This document shows positions 13,746 through 25,437 of a stretch of DNA of 64,000 nucleotides, in pieces (positions within the stretch are counted from its first letter, which is position 1; every line of letters starts with the position of its first letter). The notes under the pieces are model-generated. The model was not told where the DNA came from. It saw only the letters and a program-made list of their open reading frames with translations, and did not search any database. A program made the translations under genes and the position numbers. This DNA comes from Octopus vulgaris. Taxonomy: Eukaryota. Location of the stretch: positions 52,948,001 to 53,012,000 of the forward strand of contig OX597817.1 of assembly GCA_951406725.2 (NCBI GenBank). The letters run 5' to 3'.

Positions 13746-14386
13746 GTACTGGGAAATGAACTCAACGAAACTATTTCTCTCTGTGGCCTTTGTGCAAATT
13801 CCATAAATGGTTATTATGGTAATTATAAGAATGTTAATGATGCTGTTGTGAGTTTCATTCTTGTTATTTTGAGGGGGGGTGCGTTCATCTTTTAAATGTA
13901 TTTTACGCCACCATTGCCGTCAACATCATCATCATCGTCGTCATCTTCATTATCATCATCATCATCATCATTGTGTTCTTCTGTGTGATGTTATGTTGTA
14001 AACGTCTTCGTTGTCAATTCTCAAATGAAGTGCCCTTTGAAATGGAAGGAATAACATTTTTTTTTTTAACTGAGTTATCTGTCCTTCATCTCTCATGTGA
14101 ACATGCCTTTATACATCTGTAGAATTATTACACATACATACATGCATACATACATACATACATACATACATAGGTATGTATGTGTAGAATGAATGTGTGT
14201 GTGTGTGTATGTATAAATATTAACGTATGTATATGATATATCATGAACTGGAATTTAAATAAATATATATATTATTTTATAAATGTATTTGTGTGGGTAT
14301 AGTATGCATGTGTAAATAGTTGTGTAATGTTTCTGGTATGCCTGTGTACAAATATATACATACATACATACATACATATATATGTA

Positions 14387-14433
<47 letters not shown>

Positions 14434-14862
14434 GATATATATATGTATATATATGTGTCTGTATATATATATAGTGGATAAATGTGTGTGCATGCGTGTG
14501 TAAACATTTTGAGAAGTTACCTCCCATTAGATGACTCACTGGACGGGCGTGAACACATCAACAGCCATTCCCCCCACGACTACCACCACAAAACCCTTCA
14601 ACACCCGGTACCTCTTCTTACAAGAAGTTAACTTCAGGAACGCCTCAGATGACAGAGATACCTGTCCCCTGCCCTTTCTCTTTACCCTCTAAATTTCTGC
14701 TCTCAATAATTATGTCAAACATTAATACATAGAGAATACAATGTGATGGTGATGGGTGGAGGACTTGCTTAACATATGGAACATTTTTACACTTTTCTCT
14801 TATTCTTTAACATTTGGCCAGTTATCACTATCATCATCATCATTACCATCACCTACATTATT

Positions 14863-14900
<38 letters not shown>

Positions 14901-14902
<2 letters not shown>

Positions 14903-15446
14903 GGCAGTGAGCTGGCAGAATCGTTAGCATGCTGGATGAAATGCTTGGCAGTATTTTGTCTGTCGCTATGTTCTGAGTTCAAATTCCGCTGCGGTCGACT
15001 TTGCCTTTCATTCTTTTGGGGTTGATAAACCACATACCAGTTGGGTACTGGTATGTATCAACTATCCCCCTCCCCCAAATTTCAGGCCTTGTGCCTATAA
15101 TAGAAAGGATTATTATTATCCTTTTGAGGGTGATAAATTAAGCACCAGTGAAACACTGGGGTCGATGTGATCAATTAGTCCTCCCCCACCAATTTCAGGC
15201 CTTGTGCCTATAATAGAAAGGATTATTATTATTATTCTGCAAGTTGGCAAAACTATTAGCACGCTGGATGAAATGCTTAGCAGTATTTCGCTCATTGCCA
15301 TGTTTTGAGTTCAAATTCTGCTGAGGTCGACTTTACATTTTCATCCTTTTGGGGTCGATAAATTAAGTACCAGTGAACCACTGAGGTTGATGTAACTGAC
15401 TCAACCCCTCCCCCCAAACTGCTGCCCTTGTGGCAAAATTTGAAAC

Positions 15447-15450
<4 letters not shown>
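14901..15450 (+). mobile_element. SINE family B multimer in (TTA)n
   Basis: Repeated units with tail aatttcaggccttgtgcctataatagaaaggattattat. Confidence 0.8.
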
Positions 15451-15489
<39 letters not shown>

Positions 15490-16931
15490 GTTATTATTAT
15501 TATTGGACGGTGAGTGACAGAATTGTCATAATCTCTGAAAAATGCTTTGCAGAATTTCTCCTGACTCTTTACATTCTGAGATCAGATCTCACTGTGGTCA
15601 ACTTTGCTTTTAATCCTCCTGGGCTCTCGATGCATTTGACTATAACTTGTCCCCTAAATTAGTATTCTTGTGCCTAAGTTAGCAACCTTTATTGTAAAGG
15701 GCAGTGAAAATTAGAATTGGTGACGGACAGAATACCTTGTGGTGTTTAGTTACGTCCCAATTTTACTGAGTTGAAATCCTGTTTGTGTCGGTTTTTGCCT
15801 TTCATTCCTGCTGTGGTGATGAAATAAATACCAGAATGAGTCGATATATTCTTTATAAAGCATCTCAGATGTGGGTGGAATTATGATAAGACATCGCTCC
15901 TTTCCAATGTGTGCCTTTGTGGCCAGATTTATAATTATTATCAGTAAAAAATATTTGAAATTCTAATTATATAATTATATTTATTTTAGGGATTAATTTT
16001 TTTTTTTTTACGTAATGCAATTATTAATTATACTGTGTGTCTGTGTGTTTAATTAATTCTCATTAATCTCTAACATATCACTATGTCTTTGTCAGTCTCA
16101 TTAAGTCTCCCATCAACTTTTTATTTTCCTATATATTTTCTTCTCTTTTTATATCAGTTCTTTTTATATAAAACAATAATTTGGAAATCAAATAAAAAAA
16201 AAACTAACTTAAAAAAAATAAAAATGATAAAAAAAAAGGAAAAAGTGGAAATTTTTTAAATAAAATAAAAAGTTGAAAACTAAAAAAAAAAAAACTTGGA
16301 AAATGTTTTTGTGTTTTGTTTTTAAACAGACCTGGGTTGGAGAGTTAAGAAGTTCGTTTCCCAAGCAAATGGCTTTGGGTTCAGTCCCACTGTGTGGCAT
16401 GTTGGGGATGTGTCTTCTAAATTCTTTGGCTGACCAATGCTTTGTGAGTGGAGTTGACAGATGGAAAAACTGTGCAGAAAGTTGGTCTTTGTGTGTGTGT
16501 GCGCGTGTGCATGAGTGTCTACGTGTGCATGCTTGCATATGTGCATGTGCATATTTGTTTATGTGTGCCTGTGCACACACTTGTGTGAGCGCAGGCATAT
16601 GCTTGTGTGTGTGCGTGAGTGTGCTTACGTGTGTGCATGTGTGTGTTTATGTGTGTGTACACCTCACTGCTTGATATTTTGTGTTGGTTTTTATTTGTTT
16701 TTCGTCTCCCTATGACGGCTTTTGCGCTTCAACAAAAAGAGAGAGATAAAATAAGTGCTGAAGTGATTTAATCATGAAAGAACCTTCAATGTCTTGCTCC
16801 AGCATGGCCACAGTCAATGACCAAAACAAGTAAAAGAATAACTGACAACTACTTAAAATATTTAAAATTCTAAATGTAAATAATACATATATCAAAATTA
16901 GAAAAAAAAACAAACTCCACTCCAGCAATAT

Positions 16932-17166
16932 CTGGGTTGGTGCATAATTATTGCAGTTTTTTTTCAACAAAACAATAACAATATTTAACAAAAACATCTT
17001 TAAATGATGGTCTGACCGTCTGCCAACTAAATGGGAAGCAGTAATGGAAGTAGATGGTGAATATGCTCCGGAATAATCATTAAAGATGTTTTTGTTACAT
17101 GTTGTTATTGATTTTACTGAATAAAATTTGTTGAAAAAAAGCCACAATAATTATGCACCAACCCAA
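16932..17166 (+). mobile_element. Mariner-derived MITE, copy 1
   Basis: TIRs ctgggttggtgcataattattg / caataattatgcaccaacccaa. The interior encodes the transposase tail DRLPTKWEAVMEVDGEYAPE-stop. Confidence 0.85.
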
Positions 17167-17306
17167 TATTTGTATAATAATAATAAATGCCACATATTAC
17201 AGAATGTCCCAAATAATGGTGTAGCTCAGTCAGTGGTGGTGCTCCAGTATGACCGCAGCTTTGCAGCTGAAACATTTAAGTATATACATACATACACACA
17301 TATATA

Positions 17307-17545
17307 CTGGGTTGGTGCATAATTATTGTGGCTTTTTTTTCAACAAAAACAATAACAATATTTAACAAAAACATCTTTAAATGATGGTCTGACCGTCTGC
17401 CAAGCAAATGGGAAGCAGTAATGGAAGTAGATGGTGAATATGCACCGGAATAATCATTTAAAGATGTTTTTGTTACATGTTGTTATTGATTTTGTTGAAT
17501 AAAATTTGTTTAAAAAAAAGCCACAATAATTATGCACCAACCCAA
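17307..17545 (+). mobile_element. Mariner-derived MITE, copy 2
   Basis: Near-identical to 16932-17166 and TA-flanked. Confidence 0.85.
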
Positions 17546-17568
17546 TATTTGTATAATAATAATAACAA

Positions 17569-17922
17569 CAAGAGCACTCAGAGAGCGCAAACCTCAGCTA
17601 AGGTAGCACCAACATCCTCTCAACAATTAGCCAGAGATGATTTTTAAAATGAGAATATCTGAAATAAACTCGACTGCTCTCACAAACAAGAATAATAAAA
17701 ATGAACCAGACCACTCTCAAAGATTAAGTAAGAAAAAACAGGAAAAATAATCCAGAATCCTTGTCCAGTACCAGATTGATACCAAAATCTAATCAGTTCA
17801 TGCCAGTCACGAGGCCAAACATCCCTGAAAGTTTCATCCGAATCCATCTAGCGGTTCTTATCCACAGACAAACAAACAAACAAACATGACTGAAAACAAT
17901 ACCTCTGCCTTCGCAGAGTAAT
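17569..17922 (-). mobile_element. Helentron-type non-autonomous element (HINE/DINE-like)
   Basis: On -: degenerate 5' subterminal repeat ttactctgc..aggcagaggtattgttttc, then (GTTT)n/GTCT microsatellite. The 3' end is cttagctgaggttt plus stem-loop gcgctctctgagtgc, in a TT context. Confidence 0.55.
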
Positions 17923-18589
17923 AATTCTGCTCAATACCACAAATTTGCTTGTCGGTTGTTTGACTATAATTATTTGAGCATGTCCCTTATTGGCTGACGA
18001 TACGTGCATTTCTGATCCCGAGCAGAAATAGTGGGGGAGTATCATGGCCATGTTTTGAGAAGAATTCTTTGGGATTTCAATAATTCACCTCTGGAAACAT
18101 TGGTGTTTCCTTCAACATCCTTAAACAACCCTTATTCAGGGACCTTTTGAGTGCAATGAGCTACTCAACCCGAAGAAAATTCTTACTGGGCTCCACCTGC
18201 AAGGTCATGCGCTGTTTATCTTGATATGAGATCACGATGTGGTGTACATATGGCTGTGATGCATGTACGTGGTGTACTCTTATCAGACGGGTAGTCATGA
18301 TGGGTATATTGGGCTTCGTATATTTGTATCTCAGTGTCACTTTGATGGCATGCACTGCTCTCACTCAATAATCAACATCATCATCACCATCATGTGGAAA
18401 GTATTAGATAGTTGAAAAGAACAGATAGTATGGTATTGTGGGTTGCAGGCAACAAGCCCACTATGCATGCAAGACTCCAAGAGTTACAACAAAACCTGAG
18501 ATTAAATATAAAAACGTCCTTTCTTCTATTTGGAGGTAGGGTCTTGATGCTTCACTGATTCTTAATTTATCGACATCAAAAGAATAATA

Positions 18590-18900
18590 TGAGGCGCAAT
18601 GGTCCAGTGGTTAGGGCAGTGGACTCGCGGTCGGAGGATCGCGGTTTCGATTCCCAGACCAGGCATTGTGTGTGTTTATTGAGCGAAAACACCTAAAAGC
18701 CCCACGAAGCTCGGGCAGGGGGGGTGGCGACCTCTGTTGTACTCTTTCGCCCCAACTTTCTCTCTTTCTTCCTGTTTCTTGGTTAACGCTGCGATGGAAT
18801 GACGTCCCGTCCAGCTGGCGGCGGGGGGAACACACACCACAGAAACCGGGAAACCGGGCCCATGAGCCTGGCTAGGCTTGAAAAGGGCACATAAATAAAA
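18590..18900 (+). mobile_element. tRNA(Arg)-like SINE family C
   Basis: gaggcgcaatggtccagtggttagggcagtggactcgcggtc...ggtttcgattcc has boxes A/B and a TCG anticodon-like loop, followed by an A-rich tail. Related copies: 8037-8280, 19132-19440, 32238-32380, 38470-38600(-), 42300-42467(-), 44735-45022(-), 49857-50145, 59255-59460(-). Confidence 0.8.
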
Positions 18901-19131
18901 TAAAATAAAATATAATAATAATACATTCTGTATTGGCCACAAGGGCAGTGAGGATTTACGTAGACAAGTGTAAACAATAACAGCAATAAAGCTGATAAGA
19001 AAGAGTAATTGTTGAAATGTAAAAGGTTCCCCGTGTCTCATTTAATAAGATTGCTTGACCAACTAGAAATACCAGCTACATTCCTCTCAAATCACACTAC
19101 GCAGTCTTTAATGCAGTTGTCATACACCTAC

Positions 19132-19440
19132 AGTGGAGGCGCAATGGCCCAGTGGTTAGGGCAGCAGACTCGCAGTCGGAGGATCGCAGTTTCGATTCCC
19201 AGACCGGGTGTTGTGTGTGTTTATTGAGCGAAAACACCTAACGCTCCATGAGGCTCCGGCAGGGGATGGTGGCGAACCCTGTTGTACTCTTTCGCCCCAA
19301 CTTTCTCTCACTCTTTCTTCCTGTTTCTTGAGCAACGCTGCGGTTGACTGGCGTCCCGTCCAGCTGGGGTGAACACATACGCCACAGAAACCGGGAAACC
19401 GGGCCCATGAGCCTGGCTAGGCTTGAAAAGGGTGCATAAA
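19132..19440 (+). mobile_element. SINE family C copy
   Basis: Near-identical to 18590-18900. Confidence 0.8.
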
Positions 19441-19776
19441 TAATATACACCTGCAAACTAATGACATGTGTTTGCATATTTATTTAAATGCTAGAAATAG
19501 TCGACAAATCTCTGAAATAACACGATGTTTTTAGAAAGGAATAACATTGGATAATGTAGCTCACATACAAGCAAATCTGGGTACTTTTTGGTTATCTCAC
19601 CCCCATTAAAAAACTGGGTTATCTCCCCACTAAAAAGTGGAGTTTACGTGGCGACAATAGATTGGATTAAAAGGGTTGGATCCTTTTGATTTAATACTTC
19701 AACACATTGTTGACTTTTGACCTCCTCAATAGGAATGGTAAGATTTGTTATAAAAATGTTATTAGATTATGTTATT

Positions 19777-20202
19777 AGGCGTAGGAGTGGCTGTGTGGTA
19801 AATAGCTTGCTTACGAACCACATGGTTCCGGGTTCAGTCCCACTGCGTGGCACCTCCGAGGCAAGTGTCTTCTACAATAGCCTCTTGCCGACCAAAACCT
19901 TGTGAGTGGATTTGGTAGACGGAAACTGAAAGAAGCCTGTCATATATATGTATATATATATGTGTGTGTGTATGTGTGAGTGTGTGTGTGTGTGTATGTT
20001 TGTGTGTCTGTGTTTGTCCCCCAACATCGCTTGACAACCGATGCTAGTGTGTTTACGTCCCCGTAACTTAGCGGTTCGGCAAGAGAGACCGATAGAATAA
20101 GTACTAGGCTTACAAAGAATAAGTCCTTGGGTCGATTTCCTCGACCAAAGGCGGTACTCCAGCATGGCCGCATTCAAATGACTAAAACAAGTAAAAGAGT
20201 AA
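19777..20202 (+). mobile_element. tRNA-derived SINE family A, representative full copy
   Basis: Pol III box A tggctgtgtgg, box B ggttcagtccc, internal (TA)/(TG) microsatellite, tail actgaaacaagtaaaagag. Other copies: 585-775, 2775-3172(-), 6063-6420, 16333-16490, 28395-28530(-), 34345-34755(-), 49048-49438(-). Confidence 0.85.
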
Positions 20203-20459
20203 AAGAGATGAGGTGATGGCATTGATAACTTTCTCTAAGACACCAGCAGGGAGACTTGAAGTGAACTAATATCAAACTAATATTGGAACGTTACAACGGT
20301 GTTAATTAAAGGGAAATAACTCATCACAAACCTCAATGTCAAAAATTCGAGAGTTGTTTACCTTATTGCTACGATTGACGTATTTTCTGAAAATTTTATA
20401 TATGCAACGTCAATCATAAAATATTTTGGTACAAAATGTTCATGATAAGAAAACACATA

Positions 20460-20981
20460 TCTATTATATAAAATCCGTTCTACGTGTGTGTGTGTGTCTT
20501 CTAGGATCTCGGGCATCCTCCATCCGATTGCGCTCAAATTTCATATGTAGATACCGACGATATCAGGGCATGTCTTGAAAAATGACAAAAATCGATTCCA
20601 GGTGAGAATGCGAACGTGCAAGTACATCAGCTGTTGCGATCGATACTACGCATACGCAAGAAAAATGCATGAGCAGTTTGCGCAAAAAAAAAAAGCCGGC
20701 TGGCTTGAAATAATGCCACAAAATGCAGTATGTTTAAGAGACCAAAGAAGTAAAATGCGAAAGAGATATTTTCTGCAAACTTGGCATGAAGGAAGGAAAG
20801 ACTATTTGGTTTCTCAAGAAGTTTTTTTTTTTGCCTTAACTTCGTTTAACAAAACCAAAAAATTTATTGAAATAAAGGCATGCTTAATTATTTTTTAATG
20901 AAAAGAAAACACTGATTGCTTTTTATTCAGCAGATATGATTCAGTACCGTCCATTGGACGTGGGGGTGGGCGTTTTACTTG
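20460..20981 (+). mobile_element. Non-autonomous Helitron-like element, family 2
   Basis: A^TCTATTATATAAAATCCG start, subterminal hairpin CGTCCA-T-TGGACG (20948-20960), CTTG^T end. Homologous to about 36612-36985. Confidence 0.65.
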
Positions 20982-21856
20982 TACATACATATATACGACG
21001 GGCTTTGCTTGGCCTGGAGCTATATTCTTTAATTCTCTTACTTGTTTCAGTCATTTGACTGCGGCCACGCTGAAGCACCGCCTTTAGTCGAAGGAATCGA
21101 CCCAAGGACTTATTCTTTGTAAGCCTAGTATTGATTCTGTCGGTCTCTTTTTGCCGGACAGCTAAGCTACGGGGGACGTAACCACACCAGCATCGGTTGT
21201 CAAGATGGTGGGGAGACACACACACACGCACATATATATATATGTACTAGCAGTATAACCCGGCCTTGCCCGGGATTAAGTTACAATTATTAAGCTAATC
21301 AAGTTCTTTATTTCAAACCAAACTAAGTAATATCGACGTCAAATTTGGGCAAAATCCGTTGAAATTGGTTATATTATATATATATTATATATATATAATA
21401 TAATATAAATATACATGGGTAACAGACACGAACACACATGTACGTACCTATTGCATGTTTTGTGCATGCATACATATTCATAAACAGAAATGAATGGAAA
21501 AATGTTGTTAAATTTGTAGATTAACACTCGTACCCATTTATATTGTGCAATTCACTGACAAATTGCTACTCACCTCTTTGTTGTTAAAAAAATGGATTGT
21601 CAACAAAACACTTTTTTACTCGGGGTAAGATAAAAACAAAACTCTTTCGCACCCAAAGTAATGTGTGTGAGAGAAAGATTTAAAATAAATATATTGTAAT
21701 TGTGTGAGAAAGTATATATACTATGATTATAAAATATAGTGTTTTTCAAAAACATCCTAAATTTGAACACTATATCTCGTGTTTAAGAAAAGACAAAACA
21801 TTTTACATTTTATATTTTATGAAGGTCGTCACTTATTCTCACTCTCCCTCTCTCAC

Positions 21857-23900
21857 TTTTTCAAAAATCTTTGGATAAATTTTTCAAAAAAGTTTTTGAA
21901 AATTTTCCCAAAAAATTTTTCAAAAGTCTTTTGAAAATTTTCCCCAAAAATTATTGAAAATTTTTAGGGAAAATGTTCAAAAAATTTTCTAAAAAGTTTT
22001 CTAAAATTTTGGAGGAAATTTTTCAAAAAATTTTCGAAATATTTTTGAGAAAAAATTTGAAAAAAGTTTTCAAAAAGTTTTGGGGAAAAGTTTCAAAAAA
22101 TGTTTCTAAAATTTTGGGGAAAATTTTCAAAAATTTTCAAAAAATATTTGGGAAAAATTTTCAAAAAAGTTTTCTAAAATTTTTGGGAAAATTTTCGAAA
22201 AACTTTTCAAAAATTTTGGAGGAAATTTTCCAAAAAATTTTCGAAAAATAGTTGGGAAAAGTTTTCAAAAATTTTTGGGGAAAAGTTTCAAAAAAGTTTT
22301 CTAAAATTTTGGAGGAAATTTTTCAAAAAATTTTCGAAATATTTTTGGGAAAAAATTTGAAAAAAGTTTTCAAAAAGCTTTGGGGAAAAATTTCAAAAAC
22401 TGTTTCTAAAATTTTTTGGAAAATTTTCGAAAAACTTTTCAAAAATTTTGGGGTAAAATTTTCAAAAATTTTTTTTTAAATTTTGGGGAAAATTTTCGAA
22501 AAACTTTTCAAAAATTTTGGGGTAAAATTTTCAAAAATTTTTTTTTAAATTTTGGGGAAAATTTTCGAAAAACTTTTCAAAAATTTCTGGTGAAAATTTT
22601 CAAAAAAATTTCAAAAAATTCCTGGGGAAAAAAAAATTTTCGGGGAAAAATATTTCAAACATTTTTGAGGAAAATTTTCAAAAAATTTTTCAAAAATTTT
22701 GGGGAAAAAATATTCGAAAAACTTTTCAAAAATTTGAGGAAATTTTCCAAAAAATTTTTCCAAAATTTTGGGGAAAATTTTCTAAAAACTTTTCAAAAAT
22801 TTTGGAGGAAATTTTCCAAAAAATTTTTCCAAAATTTTGGGGAAAATTTTCTAAAAACTTCAAAAATTTTTGGTGAAAACTTTCAAAAAAATTTCGAAAA
22901 ATTTCTGGGGAAAAAAATTTGGGGGGAAAAATTTTTCAAACATCTTTGAGGAAAATTTTCAAAAAATTTTTCAATAATTTTTGGGGAAAATTTTCAAAAA
23001 ATTTCTGAAAAATTTTTGGGGAAAATTTTCAAAAAAATTTTCAATAATTTTGGGGGAAAATTTTCGAAAACTTTTCAAAAATTTTTGGGGAAAATTTTCG
23101 AAAAATTTTTCAAAAGCTTTTGGGGAAAATTTTCAAAAACTTTTTCTGGAAAAATTTAAAAAATATATTTGAGGAAAATTAAAAAAAAATCTTTCAATAA
23201 ATTTTGGGGAAAATTTTCAAAAATTTTGGAGGAAATTTTTCAAAAAATTTTCGAAATATTTTTGGGAAAAAATTTGAAAAAAGTTTTCAAAAAGCTTTGG
23301 GGAAAAATTTCAAAAACTGTTTCTAAAATTTTTTGGAAAATTTTCGAAAAACTTTTCAAAAATTTTGGGGTAAAATTTTCCAAAATTTTTTTTTAAATTT
23401 TGGGGAAAATTTTCGAAAATTTTTTTCAAAAATTTTGGGGTAAAATTTTCAAAAATTTTTTTTTAAATTTTGGGGAAAATTTTCGAAAAACTTTTCAAAA
23501 ATTTCTGGTGAAAATTTTCAAAAAAATTTCAAAAAATTCCTGGGAAAAAAAAATTTTCGGGGAAAACTATTTCAAACATTTTTGAGGAAAATTTTCAAAA
23601 AATTTTTCAAAAATTTTGGGGAAAAATATTCGAAAAACTTTTCAAAAATTTTGGGGGAAATCTTCCAAAAAATTTTTCCAAAATTTTGGGGAAAATTTTC
23701 TAAAAACTTTTCAAAAATTTTGGAGGAAATTTTCCAAAAATTTTTCCAAAATTTTGGGGAAAATTTTCAAAAAGTTTTTCTGGAAAAATTAAAAAAATAT
23801 ATTTGAGGAAAATTAAAAAAAAATCTTTCAATAATTTTTGGGGAAAATTTTCAAAAATTTTTGAGGAAAATTTTCAAAAAGTTTTTCAAAAACTTTTGAG
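21857..23900. repeat. A/T-tract minisatellite/satellite array inside the Helitron
   Basis: About 2 kb of variants of ttttcaaaaaattttggggaaaa (11-12 nt half-units). A higher-order duplication has an offset of about 917 bp (ORFs 22252-22479 and 23169-23396 share an identical long segment). Confidence 0.92.
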
Positions 23901-24857
23901 GCAATATGATGTTTTGACCATATTGTGGGTGTCCTTTTAACTATTTTTTTTTTAACTAAACACTTTCAAACTTCCGTTACTAGTAGAATGTGTCACATAG
24001 AAGAGGGTTTACTCTTAACGTTTTGGATAAAATTTTGTACTTTAAAAGTTATTTCGTCTAAAGTTACAGAGTGACAACGTAGAAATTCGTGTTTGATAAG
24101 TGCCAATACACGAAACTCTCAGTTTTTGACTTACTGTCTAACTTCTGCCGATGATATATATATACATATTACATAAATGTGTAAAAAAAACATCTTATCA
24201 CGCAATCGAACCAATAAAAGAGCTTCTACCTGGTCGCTCCACACGTTAAAAATAGCAGGCCAAACCCTAACCCTACCTGAATCACACGCCCATTGTATGT
24301 AATGTCCTAGATTATCCCTAAAAAGGCGGTTTGATGATACGTTTTCAGTATCAGGGTTGATTTGAGGCTAAATAACAACATTATAGTCATTTTCTATATT
24401 AACATCCGCACGATTTTCACTAAGAAAAAAAAAAAAATTTGCGTGGAATCAAGACCTTGACCTCCTAATGTGCTGCAAATCCCTTATTTTGGTTCGGAAA
24501 AAATTAGGTGGGGTTCACCCTCCCATTCCCGGAATCGATGGAAATTTTTTTTCGTTGAATGAGTTCCTGTGACCTCCTATTATTGCAAAATTAGGTTACT
24601 TAATGTGATCCTGGTAACTGATCGTTTTGGGATCTTGTTGTTGGTGATCCATGGTGCAACGAACAACATGGTAAAAATCCCTGCCATAAATTTGGTGTAG
24701 ATGGGTAATATCAAATAATTCAATCACAACATATATTTAAATTCAACATGGATAAATTGAAATATTATTTTTTCAGTATTTCATAAGGTAAAATCTTAAA
24801 TTATTGACACATTATTACTTATCTTATAACAGCAATGTCTGGAAAAATCATGGATTG

Positions 24858-25359
24858 CATGGAAAAATGCAAGCATGAAAAATAAGATTCTTAAGATTAT
24901 AAATCCGGAAAAGTACAGGAGAAGTTATTATACCCATAAGAGTATAGGACAAGCTATTACTTCGAGTAAAGAATAAGAAACTTTTTACTTAAAATATTGC
25001 AGCTAAAATTAAAATTTGAATATTAAAAATTATTTTATTATAGTTTTCAAATAACACTATACATATTTAAGTACAATTTGGCTACTTTACTACTTTAAAT
25101 ACAGAAAATAGTGACTAATTAGAAAAACTTGCAAATTAGCTGAACAGTTTTGCGCAATAAAAGATGAGAACTCTAAAGAGTGATAAATTAGAAGAAGTGG
25201 CATTCTTTGGTGCAATATTTTAAGTAAAAAGTTTCTTATTCTTTATTTTACTTGAAGTAGTAGTTTGTCTTATACGTTTACAGGCGTCATAACTTGTCCT
25301 GTACTTTTCCAGGTTTATAATCTTAAGAATATTACTTTTCATGCTTGCATTTTTCCATG
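24858..25359. repeat. Long imperfect inverted repeat (arms 24858-25001 and 25211-25359)
   Basis: catggaaaaatgcaagcatgaaaa...taaagaataagaaactttttacttaaaatattgca is the reverse complement of tgcaatattttaagtaaaaagtttcttattcttta...ttttcatgcttgcatttttccatg. Confidence 0.9.
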
Positions 25360-25437
25360 TATATATATAAATACATGACAGTACATGAAGTTTGTTAAAA
25401 AAAAGGGGATCATGTATATACCTCCTGGCTGTTGAGA

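Noticed and set aside
10752-14539. Many ORFs of [12 protein letters not shown] type
   Set aside because: Translations of TA/TG/CA microsatellites, open in several frames on both strands.
18590-18662. tRNA-Arg gene
   Set aside because: The tRNA-like head continues into a SINE body repeated many times, so it is not a standalone cloverleaf.
21857-23900. CRISPR-like or telomeric array
   Set aside because: No constant repeat with unique spacers, no cas genes and no TTAGGG. The context is eukaryotic.
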